Source: Bdellovibrionota bacterium (GTDB taxonomy: Bacteria > Bdellovibrionota_G > JALEGL01 > DATDPG01). Taken from it: 64,000 bases of DNA. The notes beneath the pieces were generated by a model. That model was not told the DNA's origin, searched no databases, and was given only the letters and a program-made list of their open reading frames with translations. The stretch's first letter is position 1. Each line of letters starts with the position of its first letter. This document shows, piece after piece, positions 10,023 through 20,369 of the stretch. A program made the translations under genes and the position numbers. The stretch is from contig OY764265.1 of the NCBI GenBank assembly GCA_963668355.1, positions 1,024,001 to 1,088,000 of the forward strand, in the 5' to 3' direction.

Positions 10023-11797
10023 GTCAGACACGATCACATACTTGCGGAGAGCTACGCCTTGAACACGTCGGGCAAGACGTTCAATTAACCGGATGGGTCA
10101 ATCGACGAAGAGATTTGGGAGGATTGACCTTCATCGATCTTCGAGACCGATATGGCATTGTACAAGTGGTTCTAGACCCACAAACCGTTCCAGAACTTCA
10201 CGCGAAGTCCCAAGAAATTCGCAGCGAATTTGTTCTCTTTGTGAAGGGCAAGGTCTCGCCCCGCCCAGAAGGGATGATAAACAAAGAGCGCGTTACGGGA
10301 GAAATCGAAGTGCACGCCTCTGAGCTGGACATTCTTTCCAAGGCCGAAGTCCTTCCCTTTACCATTCACGAAGAAACCGATGCGACGGAGGCTCTGAAAT
10401 TAAAATATCGTTACTTGGATTTGAGAAGACCTCATCTCCAACGAAATCTTTTGCTTCGGCATAAAATGTACTCTGTCATCCATCGCTATTTGGATCAGAA
10501 AAATTTCGTTGAAATCGAAACGCCCTTTTTGAACAAATCCACGCCGGAAGGAGCACGAGACTATTTGGTTCCCAGCCGCGTGCACCCCGGAAAATTTTGG
10601 GCCCTCCCCCAATCACCACAATTATTTAAACAACTACTCATGATGTCTGGAATGGATCGCTATTATCAAATCGCACGATGCTTTCGAGACGAGGACCTTC
10701 GAGCTGACAGGCAACCCGAGTTCACACAACTTGACATGGAAATGAGCTTTGCAACACCAGAGTCCATTTTCAAAATCATGGAAGCTTTGTTTGCGGATAT
10801 TTTTCAAACGGTTTTGGACGTCACCATCCAAACACCCTTTCCTCAAATGTCCTATGAGGAGGCGATGACATCTCATGCAACCGACAAACCGGATTTGCGA
10901 TGGGACATGCCCTTGACCCAACTTTCTCAAGTTTTCAAAAACACCAGCTTTCGTGTTTTTTCGGAAGCACTTTCCAACCACGGAGAAATTCGTGGCGTTC
11001 GAATTCCAAAAGGAGAGTCTTTTTCACGCAAACAAATTGACCAACTTACCCTCATTGCAAAAGGATGCGGGGCCAAGGGCGTGGTCTGGATGAAAAAGAG
11101 CCAAGAAAAAACATCATCTTCCATCGATAAATTTCTCTCTCCCGACGAATTGTCCACGCTGGAATCTTTGCTGAAACTGGAAGAAGGAGATTTGGGACTC
11201 ATCGTGGCCGACCAACCTTCGGTGGCTCGCGCGTCCCTGGAAGCTTTGAGAAACGAATGCATTGAACGATTGGAACTAAAACCCAAACGTCCATTTGCCT
11301 TCACGTGGGTGGTTGATTTTCCTTTATTTGTTTGGGATGACGACGAGAGTCGGTTTGTTTCCGTCCATCATCCGTTCACTCAGCCCCACCCCGAAGATGT
11401 CTCCAAGCTTAAAAACGGAGAAGATCTCGGGTCGGTTCGTGCACTTGCATACGACCTGGTTTTAAACGGTTATGAAATCGGTGGTGGTTCCATTCGAATT
11501 CATCAACCCGAAATTCAATCCATGATTTTTCAAACCCTGAAACTCACCGAAGAAGACATGAAGCATAAATTCGGGTTCTTTTTGGAGGCGTTAAAATACG
11601 GCACGCCTCCACATGGGGGCATTGCGCTCGGTTTGGATCGGGTGGCCATGATTCTTTCAGGGACCCAGGCCATTCGAGATGTCATTGCCTTTCCGAAAAC
11701 CCAGAGCGCGCTGGACTTGATGGCGGAATCTCCCAGCACGGTGGATCCCCGACAATTGGATGAGCTGCATCTTGCCTTAAAGAAACCCAAAGCATGA
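10019..11797 (+). CDS. aspS: Aspartate--tRNA ligase
   Basis: RYLDLRR, PEGARDY, LPQSPQLFKQ, FRDEDLRADRQPEFTQ, PPHGGIALGLDR. Confidence 0.97.
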   Translation: MSQTRSHTCGELRLEHVGQDVQLTGWVNRRRDLGGLTFIDLRDRYGIVQVVLDPQTVPELHAKSQEIRSEFVLFVKGKVSPRPEGMINKERVTGEIEVHASELDILSKAEVLPFTIHEETDATEALKLKYRYLDLRRPHLQRNLLLRHKMYSVIHRYLDQKNFVEIETPFLNKSTPEGARDYLVPSRVHPGKFWALPQSPQLFKQLLMMSGMDRYYQIARCFRDEDLRADRQPEFTQLDMEMSFATPESIFKIMEALFADIFQTVLDVTIQTPFPQMSYEEAMTSHATDKPDLRWDMPLTQLSQVFKNTSFRVFSEALSNHGEIRGVRIPKGESFSRKQIDQLTLIAKGCGAKGVVWMKKSQEKTSSSIDKFLSPDELSTLESLLKLEEGDLGLIVADQPSVARASLEALRNECIERLELKPKRPFAFTWVVDFPLFVWDDDESRFVSVHHPFTQPHPEDVSKLKNGEDLGSVRALAYDLVLNGYEIGGGSIRIHQPEIQSMIFQTLKLTEEDMKHKFGFFLEALKYGTPPHGGIALGLDRVAMILSGTQAIRDVIAFPKTQSALDLMAESPSTVDPRQLDELHLALKKPKA

Positions 11798-12432
11798 ATG
11801 CGTTTGACTTCATTCCCAACGAAACCAAACCCCTGGATTTCGAGCGTCATTTTTGGGAATCAGGAACGCAATATGTGGCTGGAATTGACGAGGTGGGACG
11901 CGGCGCACTTGCCGGTCCCGTGGTTGCATGCGCGCTCGTACTCCCCGCCAACACACAACCCCTTCCCGGCGTAAAAGACTCTAAACGCCTTTCCCCATCC
12001 CAACGAGAGGCCTTATTTCCCCTGATCCTCGAACAAGCGACCGCAGTGGGCATTGGCCAAGTGGCTCCAGAAAAAATTGATGAAATCAATATTCTGGAGG
12101 CCACACGAACCGCGATGGCATTGGCCGTTGAGGAGTTGAATCCGCCTCCGGAAATGTGCCTTGTGGATGGGAATCAAAAAATCGTGGTGCCCTGCCCCCA
12201 AAGAATGATCATCAAAGGCGACCAACGGGTTTACAGCATTTCCGCCGCTTCCATCGTGGCCAAAGTCACCCGAGATCGATGGATGGTCGAGCAATCTCAG
12301 ATCTATCCCACCTTCGGCTTCGATCAACACAAAGGCTATGGAACAAAGATTCATCGCAATGCGATTCTCAAACACGGACCTTCTCCCATTCATCGTCGAT
12401 CCTTTTTAAGGAACATTCAGCGCATGTCATGA
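11794..12432 (+). CDS. rnhB: Ribonuclease HII
   Basis: GIDEVGRGALAGPV, DSK, ISAASIVAKVTRD, HKGYGT. Confidence 0.96.
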   Translation: MNAFDFIPNETKPLDFERHFWESGTQYVAGIDEVGRGALAGPVVACALVLPANTQPLPGVKDSKRLSPSQREALFPLILEQATAVGIGQVAPEKIDEINILEATRTAMALAVEELNPPPEMCLVDGNQKIVVPCPQRMIIKGDQRVYSISAASIVAKVTRDRWMVEQSQIYPTFGFDQHKGYGTKIHRNAILKHGPSPIHRRSFLRNIQRMS

Positions 12433-12797
12433 CTCTGATTCGGAAAGATTTTGGGAAAAAGGCAGAAAAACTTGCGGCGACCTATTTAAAAAAGAAAAAA
12501 TTTAAAATCATCCAAACCAACTGGGTGTGTCGCCTGGGAGAGATCGACATCATTGCAAAAAAAGATGAAACGTTGGTCTTTGTCGAAGTAAAAGCCGGTC
12601 ACAAACAAGAAGGATTCTCCCCTGAGGATCACTTCGATCATCGGAAACAACAAAAACTCAGGCTCCTGGCCAAGGCCTATCTTTCCAATTTGAAAGACCT
12701 TCCAGAATGTCGATTTGACCTCATCACCGTTCGGAGCCATCAAGACTCGGTAATCCTGGACCACTTTGAAGATGTGATAGAGGATACATACCGTTGA
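12429..12797 (+). CDS. yraN: YraN-family putative endonuclease
   Basis: GKKAE..AATYL, GEIDIIA, VFVEVK, CRFD. rnhB-yraN synteny; ATGA overlap at 12429. Confidence 0.9.
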   Translation: MTLIRKDFGKKAEKLAATYLKKKKFKIIQTNWVCRLGEIDIIAKKDETLVFVEVKAGHKQEGFSPEDHFDHRKQQKLRLLAKAYLSNLKDLPECRFDLITVRSHQDSVILDHFEDVIEDTYR

Positions 12798-14230
12798 AAC
12801 CCGGAAAGAAAAAATGGGCCTCCCTTCATTTCAATCAAAAGATTCGAAATGCACTGCTGGCCTATTATCTCACGCCCATCCTTCTTATCCTGTTTGCGTC
12901 CAGCGTCTTCTTTTATACCTTTACCAAACATAGCCTAGACGAAGAATTGGGCCATCGCTTGGTCTCCATCGCCATTTCCGCCGCTTACCAAGTAAAGCCG
13001 TATCAGGTGGCGGCTTTAGAACTCAGAGATCCCCATAGCCAAACCTACCAATCTCTGCTGAACCGTTTTCAGACCCTTCAAAAAGACCACAGCCTCAGTC
13101 ACATTTATTTATTCAACTCAAATCACGAAAGTCTCTTAGACACGGACCCCAGCGTATCCATCGGACAGGTCGTGGAACGTCATCGTTTTCATAAAGCGGA
13201 GTTGGAAAAGGCCAAAAACGGCATCCCTTCGTCATCCATCCTTTTTGAAGGGGAGGAGGGTGAGTTTTACAAAAGCGCCTTCATCGCGCTCAAGGACAAT
13301 GGCCGGGTGTATGGGTTCATTGGGGTCGATGCCAGCGCGACCTTTTTTACCGCACTCAAACAATTGGGCCGAAAATTGGTTCTCTTTGGCCTGGCTTGCA
13401 TTTTGTTGATCGTCATCGTGAGTCTTCTGATCTCTCGAAAAATTGTGGCTCCCATTTCTCATCTGGTGGAAAGTGCTCAACGGATCGGGGAAGGAAGTTT
13501 TGACCAACCCATTGAGACCCAGACCCAGAATGAAATCGGCTTCTTAGCCTTTGCCCTGGAAGAAATGCGAAAGAACATCATTTCCAGAGATCGCGAACTT
13601 CAAACCATGCTTCGCGGAATTGCTCATGAAGTGAGAAACCCCTTGGGTGGAATTGAACTCTTCGCTGGAATGCTTGAGGAATCTGCACACGACGATGAGG
13701 AACGAAATGCCGTCGATAAGATCAAAACGGAAGTTCGCACACTGAAGAACTTGATCGAAGAATTTTTGGACTTTGCCAGAGGAACCACTCTCCAACCTTC
13801 GGAAGTCGATCTCCAAGAATTTTTTGAAGATGTTCGTGTGGCCTTCCACTCCGAAATGGAAACACAGGGAGTGCGTTTTTCCTTAAATCTCAACAATCTC
13901 CAAACCCTGCCTTTCGATGCTGATCAAATGAGAAGAGTGTTTTTGAATCTTTTGCGAAACTCGATCCAAGCCATGCCCAAAGGAGGAGCCGTGGAAATCC
14001 GCGTTATGGCCACCAATGGTCAAGCCGAACTGGCTATTTCGGATACGGGCTCTGGAATTCCTCCCGAGTCCCTGGAGAAAGTCTTCGACCCGTTTTTTAC
14101 AACGAAAGAGAAGGGCACGGGGCTCGGATTGTCATTTGCCCGTAAAATTGTTAATGCCCACGGTGGAACGGTTCGATTAGAATCGGAAGCGCATCAAGGC
14201 ACAACGATAACCATCACCCTTCCGAGATGA
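12794..14230 (+). CDS. Membrane sensor histidine kinase (two TM, HAMP, HisKA, HATPase)
   Basis: IAHEVRNPL H-box, NLLRNS, DTGSGI, FDPFFTTK, GTGLGL. Confidence 0.95.
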   Translation: MKPGKKKWASLHFNQKIRNALLAYYLTPILLILFASSVFFYTFTKHSLDEELGHRLVSIAISAAYQVKPYQVAALELRDPHSQTYQSLLNRFQTLQKDHSLSHIYLFNSNHESLLDTDPSVSIGQVVERHRFHKAELEKAKNGIPSSSILFEGEEGEFYKSAFIALKDNGRVYGFIGVDASATFFTALKQLGRKLVLFGLACILLIVIVSLLISRKIVAPISHLVESAQRIGEGSFDQPIETQTQNEIGFLAFALEEMRKNIISRDRELQTMLRGIAHEVRNPLGGIELFAGMLEESAHDDEERNAVDKIKTEVRTLKNLIEEFLDFARGTTLQPSEVDLQEFFEDVRVAFHSEMETQGVRFSLNLNNLQTLPFDADQMRRVFLNLLRNSIQAMPKGGAVEIRVMATNGQAELAISDTGSGIPPESLEKVFDPFFTTKEKGTGLGLSFARKIVNAHGGTVRLESEAHQGTTITITLPR

Positions 14231-14237
14231 ATGAATC

Positions 14238-15599
14238 ATGGCGCAAATACTAATCATCGAAGACAACGCAACCATGAGAGAGGGCATTGGCCAAATTCTG
14301 ACCAAAGTGGGTCATGAAACTCGCGCGGCTTCTGGGGGAAAAGAAGGCGTTCGCTTATTCGAAGAACACCAACCAGACTTCGTCATCACCGATTTAAAAA
14401 TGGAAGATTTGGATGGGATCGAAGTTTTAAGACAGATTCGCCAAAACGCGCCTGAAGCTCTGGTAATGATCATTACGGCCTTTGGAACCATCGAAACCGC
14501 TGTAGAGGCCATGAAGTTGGGTGCTTTTGATTTCATCACCAAACCGTTTTCTCCAGACCTTCTTCGACTGAAGGTTTCCAAAGCCCTCAACGTCGTTCAC
14601 ATGCGAGCCGAAAATGAATACCTCAGATCCGAGGATCGTCGAAATCACCCGGATGCCATGGTGGGGGTCTCTCAAGAATTGGAAGATATTCGAGAACAAA
14701 TCTTTCGAGTCTCCCAAACGGATTCCACCGTTTTGATCACTGGAGAAAGTGGGACCGGAAAAGAACTCGTCGCCCGAGCCGTTCATGCAAGAAGTTCTCG
14801 GGCAGGTAAGCCATTCATCAAAGTGGACTGTTCCGCTCTGGCTGAAGGGGTCTTAGAGAGTGAACTTTTCGGGCATGAACGGGGTGCCTTTACCGGTGCC
14901 GCACAGCGAAAACTTGGCAGATTCGAGTTGGCTGATGGTGGAACCCTTTTTTTGGATGAAATTGGAGACATTTCCCCGGCTGTTCAGCTTAAATTGCTTC
15001 GCGTTCTTCAAGACCGCTCTTTTGAGCGCGTGGGAGGCACACGTACCGTCAACGTTGATGTTCGTGTGATCAGCGCCACCAACAAAGACCTCTCTGCGGA
15101 AATCAAAAAGGGGCGATTTCGAGAGGATCTCTATTATCGCCTCCACATCGTCCCCATCCACGTTCCTCCTTTGCGAAAGCGGAAAAAAGACGTTCCCCTC
15201 CTCTTGGATCATTTTTTGTCTCTTTTTTCACGAAAAACCGGGCGAAACTTGCACCTGACTCCCGAGGCAGCCGACGCCCTCAAAAATCACCAATGGCCCG
15301 GAAATATTAGAGAATTGGAAAATCTCATGGAACGATTGTCCGTTTTGGTGCGCCACAGCGAAATCGGGCTAAGCGACCTTCCTGAGTCTTTCAGAAAGAT
15401 GTCACCTCAGGTAAACTTGGAGGTTGGCGAGCAAGATCTCGATTTGAATCAGTCCCTCGAACAACTGGAAAAACAGCTGATCGAGGAAGCCTATCGTCGG
15501 GCAGGGGGGGTCAAGACCCGAACGGCTGAACTCCTCAAAATCAAACCGAGCGCTCTCTATTATAAACTCGAAAAGTACGGGATTTATACCAAGGATTAG
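14238..15599 (+). CDS. Sigma54-dependent response regulator (NtrC/AtoC family)
   Basis: REC domain, GESGTGKE, GAFTGA, WPGNIREL, C-terminal Fis-type HTH. Confidence 0.96.
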   Translation: MAQILIIEDNATMREGIGQILTKVGHETRAASGGKEGVRLFEEHQPDFVITDLKMEDLDGIEVLRQIRQNAPEALVMIITAFGTIETAVEAMKLGAFDFITKPFSPDLLRLKVSKALNVVHMRAENEYLRSEDRRNHPDAMVGVSQELEDIREQIFRVSQTDSTVLITGESGTGKELVARAVHARSSRAGKPFIKVDCSALAEGVLESELFGHERGAFTGAAQRKLGRFELADGGTLFLDEIGDISPAVQLKLLRVLQDRSFERVGGTRTVNVDVRVISATNKDLSAEIKKGRFREDLYYRLHIVPIHVPPLRKRKKDVPLLLDHFLSLFSRKTGRNLHLTPEAADALKNHQWPGNIRELENLMERLSVLVRHSEIGLSDLPESFRKMSPQVNLEVGEQDLDLNQSLEQLEKQLIEEAYRRAGGVKTRTAELLKIKPSALYYKLEKYGIYTKD

Positions 15600-15603
15600 T
15601 GGC

Positions 15604-16920
15604 ATGAAACGACCAACCAACAGAATCTGGAGCCGATCCCCCTCCCTTTTCTGGGTAGCTTTGCTTGCCCTTGTCCTTCCCGCCAACGCTGGAACCTTAG
15701 ACGAACTCAGAAAAGACCGGGCCGAACTTCAAGCCAAGCTCAAAAACCAGCAATATGCCGCCCAAGAAAAAGAGCACGTTCTCAACCAGCTTTCGGTGCA
15801 AATCCAGGATTTGAAAAACAAGCAAGCCAAACAACGTCTAATATTAAGAGGGTATCGCCTGCAATCCTTGCTTTCCGAGGCCGAGGAGGTTTCCCAAAAC
15901 CTGCAGTCTCTTCGACAAAAAGAACAGCGAACCCGGAGTCGATTGGAGAAAAATCGGAGTTATCTCATCTCCTCGCTGGACGAAGCCATCGACGAGCAGG
16001 CCAAAAGGGTTCATGAAACCAAGGCCTTAATTCCCAAAAAACGTGCAGCCAAAAAATTGACCCGTTTGTCCAATGAGCGAGAAGCCCTTGCCATTCAAAC
16101 CCAAACAGAAACCCTCCCAAACACGATGGCGAATTTAACGCAAAAAGTGAAAGATCCGGAGGAGTTGGCCGATCGCCTTAAGGCCATCAACGATTTTCAA
16201 GGCCGTCTTCGAAAAGAAGTTGCTCTATTGCGAGATGAGATTTCTCACGAAAAAAGACAGGAGTTCATGCGCCAAGAAATTGGCCACCTCTTGGAGGAGG
16301 AAGCTTTTTTCGGCGAGCGTGGATTCATTCATGGAAGCACGCCTCGAACCAAAGATGAAGCCGCCACAGCCCTGGCAAAAACATCGACCGAAGAGGTCAC
16401 GGAAGAATCAACAGAGACCTCCAGCACCCCCGAAGATTCTTCGATAGATGTCGTAAGCCCCGAGCTTCCCGCCTTGCCACCTGAAGGGAACCCCATGGAA
16501 CCCTCCGAAGAAATGAATGGAGGAGATGAACTTCAAATTCCTGCTGAACCTTTGGCTCCTCCCATGCCTGAAGGCGAAATTCCTTCCTTGGAAACGGCGA
16601 ATGGATCTCCTGAAGCGCTTTCAACCGTTCCAGTTGCACCCGAGACGGAGGTTGTAACCCAAAACCGCCTCGAGATTCCAAGCCTCGTAGATGCCGGAAA
16701 CGAAGCCGCTCTGGATGTCCAAAACCGAGATCCTCTCGCACAACTCGCATCTGAGTTTGGCCTGGATGCAGACCAGCTACAAGACCTGGAACTTCCTCAA
16801 AACGCTCCGACAGAGCACCTGCACTGGTTGGCCCAGAGGCTCGAAACTACACAAGCCATTCTTCTTGAACTCGAAAAGCTGGCTCGAAAAATCCAGAAGC
16901 AGCTTACGCCGACTCCGTGA
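15604..16920 (+). CDS. Exported coiled-coil protein with acidic Pro/Thr-rich region
   Basis: 438-aa ORF 4 nt after the regulator; signal peptide ending ANA; heptad-rich N-terminal half. Confidence 0.8.
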   Translation: MKRPTNRIWSRSPSLFWVALLALVLPANAGTLDELRKDRAELQAKLKNQQYAAQEKEHVLNQLSVQIQDLKNKQAKQRLILRGYRLQSLLSEAEEVSQNLQSLRQKEQRTRSRLEKNRSYLISSLDEAIDEQAKRVHETKALIPKKRAAKKLTRLSNEREALAIQTQTETLPNTMANLTQKVKDPEELADRLKAINDFQGRLRKEVALLRDEISHEKRQEFMRQEIGHLLEEEAFFGERGFIHGSTPRTKDEAATALAKTSTEEVTEESTETSSTPEDSSIDVVSPELPALPPEGNPMEPSEEMNGGDELQIPAEPLAPPMPEGEIPSLETANGSPEALSTVPVAPETEVVTQNRLEIPSLVDAGNEAALDVQNRDPLAQLASEFGLDADQLQDLELPQNAPTEHLHWLAQRLETTQAILLELEKLARKIQKQLTPTP

Positions 16921-16929
16921 GAACCATAC

Positions 16930-18063
16930 GTGAATGACCATCGCTATGTCTGGCTCATCCTTTTAAGTTTTTTTCTTCAAACCGCTCAAGTCTTGGGCGT
17001 AGAGGATGCCTCTGGTTGGAAAGAGTTCAAAGAACATCATTCCATCCACAACTCGGTTCAGGTTGGGGGTGAATACGACACCAATGTGTTCAAACGTTTT
17101 GGGGGAAGCGACAAGGATTCTCTTTTGCGTCTCCTTCTCAAAAGCCGGGGAACTCTTTCATTTAACAAAAACTGGAAGATGCAATGGAACTATCAAGGAG
17201 GCGGAAAGAAATATTTTGACCGAGACGAACAAGACTTGCTCATTCAATATCTTCAAACCCCCTTCATCTATACGATTCCAAATCGAATTCGAGTCTTGCT
17301 TACGCCGGAGCTAAAATATCAGGAAGAAGCCAATCGCGTTGACACCCAAAACCCTACGACTCAAGACATTAACGAAGATTACCTTTCTCTTTCCACACGT
17401 TTAGGAATTCAGTTTTTACTTCCTGCCCGATTCATCTTTCAACCTTTTGCGACCTACACCTATTTTCGTTTTGAACCCAACGCCAACTATGGATTCCACC
17501 GAGAGCGCGGAGGAGCCATTTTTACCCGGCGCTTTTGGTCTCATTTCAACGCAGGATCGGAATACACCTATCAAAGACAACAGTTTGATGGGCTCTCACG
17601 CGACGACGCCGAACACGAAGCCTCTGCCTTTATTCAATACATGAACGCTCTGGTCGCTTCGGTTCGTTATACCTTTCAAAAAAATGATTCGGCACAAAAT
17701 CGTTTCTCGTTTACCAATCACCGAATCACCGTTCTTCTTTCTGTCCCCATTGATTTTCATCAAGATTCACTTGAGTCTGAGACGGATGATTTTGAAGAAC
17801 CCCTTTTGGCCTTTCATTTCTACGGAACTTTTCAAATCAAAGATTTCCCCTCGGTTTTCGATTACACCGATGAGGGGGAACGCTTTCTTCTCACCGGAGC
17901 CGAAGATGACAACTTCAACTCCTTGGTATTCAAACTATCGATTCACCCACTGCCTAAAACCACTCTTGAGTTAAAGTACACCCGCCACTCCAACGAGTTG
18001 TCCAGCCAACAAGATTCGTTTAACCGCACGCTCTATTACGGCGGAATCAGGTATTCGTTCTGA
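16930..18063 (+). CDS. Putative outer-membrane beta-barrel protein
   Basis: Signal peptide, GGEYDTNV start, alternating aromatic strands, C-terminal GGIRYSF beta-signal. Confidence 0.8.
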   Translation: MNDHRYVWLILLSFFLQTAQVLGVEDASGWKEFKEHHSIHNSVQVGGEYDTNVFKRFGGSDKDSLLRLLLKSRGTLSFNKNWKMQWNYQGGGKKYFDRDEQDLLIQYLQTPFIYTIPNRIRVLLTPELKYQEEANRVDTQNPTTQDINEDYLSLSTRLGIQFLLPARFIFQPFATYTYFRFEPNANYGFHRERGGAIFTRRFWSHFNAGSEYTYQRQQFDGLSRDDAEHEASAFIQYMNALVASVRYTFQKNDSAQNRFSFTNHRITVLLSVPIDFHQDSLESETDDFEEPLLAFHFYGTFQIKDFPSVFDYTDEGERFLLTGAEDDNFNSLVFKLSIHPLPKTTLELKYTRHSNELSSQQDSFNRTLYYGGIRYSF

Positions 18064-18689
18064 TGACCCTCACAACCCTCGGGCCTTATCTCATCGCCTG
18101 CACGTTGCTTGCGCTGGCCCCTGGGCCTGACAATATTTTAGTCATTTCCCTAGGTCTTTCGCATGGGCGAAAAGAAGCTGTATTAACTGCTTGGGGTATG
18201 GTTTCAGGAATTATTGTTCACACGGCAGCCGCTGCTTTAGGCATCAGTGCCATATTGAGAAGCAGTCAAGTTGCCTTCCATCTCATCCAATATGCCGGTG
18301 CAGGATATTTACTCTATTTGGCTTCGAGAATCCTCGTTAAAAAAAAGGGAATTAAAGCAGAGAGCTCTTCGAGAGTTCCTAAGGGTCTACTGAGACATTA
18401 CCAACAGGGATTCCTTATGAACGTTCTAAACCCCAAGGTAGCTTTATTTTTTTTGGCTTTCCTTCCTCAGTTTGTCGACCCTTCATTAACAACATCCGTT
18501 TGGTTTCAAATGATTGTTCTAGGATTCGTTTTCATGGCTGTAGCTTTTGTGATCTTTTCCATGATCGGTCTTTTTGCGGGTACGCTGGGACGTTTTTTAA
18601 CGAAAAGTTTCAGAATTCAAAAAACGTTAGAATGGCTTTCTGCAGGTGTTTTTGTGGTTGTAGCGATGGTTCTCATCTTCGGAAAATAA
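18063..18689 (+). CDS. LysE/RhtB-family amino-acid exporter
   Basis: APGPDN, GAGYLLYL, NVLNPKVALFFLAFLPQF. Confidence 0.92.
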   Translation: MTLTTLGPYLIACTLLALAPGPDNILVISLGLSHGRKEAVLTAWGMVSGIIVHTAAAALGISAILRSSQVAFHLIQYAGAGYLLYLASRILVKKKGIKAESSSRVPKGLLRHYQQGFLMNVLNPKVALFFLAFLPQFVDPSLTTSVWFQMIVLGFVFMAVAFVIFSMIGLFAGTLGRFLTKSFRIQKTLEWLSAGVFVVVAMVLIFGK

Positions 18690-18751
18690 GGAGTTTTTTC
18701 CTTAAGGAATTGAAAGATTGATTAAAGGTGAAAGGAAATTAAGCGGATTTG

Positions 18752-19405
18752 CTAAGAAATCAGCTCGCGCATTTGCTTGATCGTCTTTGCATAGTCCTTT
18801 GAACCAAACAGCGTGGAACCGGAAACAAACACATCCACTCCGGCTTTATTGATCTCAGCCATATTTTCCAAATCCACCCCCCCATCGACTTCGATGAGAA
18901 GGTCATTTGCATACCGTTCAGATTTTTTGCGAAGCGAACGAATTTTCTGAAGCATGTCCGGAATGAACTTTTGGCCAGAAAAACCGGGATTGACCGACAT
19001 CAACAAGACCATTTCGATGTCGTCCCAAATATGATCCAAAACAAAGAGCGATGTCGCAGGATTCAATGCCACGGCTGGCTTGACTCCAACTTCGCGAATG
19101 AGACTCAAGGTTCTCTGTAAATGCTTGGTGGTCTCTGGATGAATCGAGATGATATCGGCTCCCGCCTCTCGAAAATCTTTTATGTATCGTTCTGGCGACT
19201 CGATCATGAGATGGACGTCAAAGGGCAGTTTCGTTGTTTTCCTGAGCGCGCGGATCACGGGAGGCCCCAGGGTGATGTTGGGAACGAAATTTCCATCCAT
19301 CACGTCTATATGAATCCAGTCTGCACCGGCTTTTTCGACCGCCTCAATTTCTTCTTGGAGTCTGGCAAAATCCGCCGAAAGTATGGATGGGGCAATTCGT
19401 TTCAT
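18752..19405 (-). CDS. rpe: Ribulose-phosphate 3-epimerase
   Basis: IAPSILSADF, HIDVMDG, DVHLMI, MSVNPGF, EVDGG. Confidence 0.97.
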   Translation of the reverse strand: MKRIAPSILSADFARLQEEIEAVEKAGADWIHIDVMDGNFVPNITLGPPVIRALRKTTKLPFDVHLMIESPERYIKDFREAGADIISIHPETTKHLQRTLSLIREVGVKPAVALNPATSLFVLDHIWDDIEMVLLMSVNPGFSGQKFIPDMLQKIRSLRKKSERYANDLLIEVDGGVDLENMAEINKAGVDVFVSGSTLFGSKDYAKTIKQMRELIS

Positions 19406-19406
19406 T

Positions 19407-20369
19407 TCAATACTCTTTTCTCCAAAGCTCTTTTCCCTTGGAAACCAGTCTTACCAAACTCCCCTTCGGGAGCCAAAAAACGAATTCCGAATTTTTTCCC
19501 GGTTTGAGCTGGACATCCATGGCATAGGTCTGAATCTCTTCGGGCCGACGCAGCCACAAACGAGCTCGTTGGGGGGTCAGACTCGGTTTCGATTTTACCG
19601 AGATATACTTGAGGTCCCCATGAAGGGACTCGTTTTTTTCTTTCTTTTCAGACGATGGAGACGTTGCCACCCAAAACTCAATGGGTTCATAGGGTTCAAT
19701 CGTTCCGCCTGCCGAAGGTTTGGTTAGAAACACCGTGCCTTCGGGGAGATCGTTTCGGACCTCTCGATGCAAAATCGGAGAAAAAAATCCAGCCTCATAA
19801 AACAAGGGAAGCGTTTCTTGATAGGAGCGCAAAACAACATCTGGCATCAAAAATCGACGATTACACGAACCGGTTGAAATTAAGAGATCAACGCCCTCTG
19901 AACTCACCACCTCTCCAGACGGCGGATCCTGCGCCAACACCACATCCATTCGATACCGGTCCGAACAGCTTCGCGCCGCATCATGAGCCGGCAACGAAGA
20001 AGATTTCAACACCTGGTGGGCAGCTTTTCGGGTTAAACCGATGACTCGTGGAGCGCGTCTTTCACGAGGTCCCTTGGAAAGGTTTACGCGAACCGTTCTT
20101 CCCACCTGAACCGTTTCTTCCGCGATCGGATACTGGGACGTCACCGAACCTTTGGCGATGTGATCATTCATCTCCAAACGCTGCACTTCAATAACAAGAC
20201 CTCGACTTGCGAGGAGGTGTTCTGCCTCTTGGGAACTCTTTCCAACCACGGAGGGGACCACAACTTCCTGCCCAGACTCGACCAGAAAAGAAATGGTTAA
20301 AATGGCCGTGGTCCCAGCGGCCCCCATGAACAAAGCAGCATAGAGAGCCAAACGAATCCATTTTTTCAT
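19407..20369 (-). CDS. Membrane-anchored PASTA-domain protein (no kinase domain)
   Basis: N-terminal TM, then repeats VPSVVGKS...SQYP, APRVIGLT...AQDP and MPDVV. Confidence 0.85.
   Translation of the reverse strand: MKKWIRLALYAALFMGAAGTTAILTISFLVESGQEVVVPSVVGKSSQEAEHLLASRGLVIEVQRLEMNDHIAKGSVTSQYPIAEETVQVGRTVRVNLSKGPRERRAPRVIGLTRKAAHQVLKSSSLPAHDAARSCSDRYRMDVVLAQDPPSGEVVSSEGVDLLISTGSCNRRFLMPDVVLRSYQETLPLFYEAGFFSPILHREVRNDLPEGTVFLTKPSAGGTIEPYEPIEFWVATSPSSEKKEKNESLHGDLKYISVKSKPSLTPQRARLWLRRPEEIQTYAMDVQLKPGKNSEFVFWLPKGSLVRLVSKGKELWRKEY

Noticed and set aside
10019..10300. AspRS with mixed discriminating signatures (RRDLGG and RPEG)
   Set aside because: The Leu plus Gly combination occurs in known non-discriminating enzymes, so it is not unusual.
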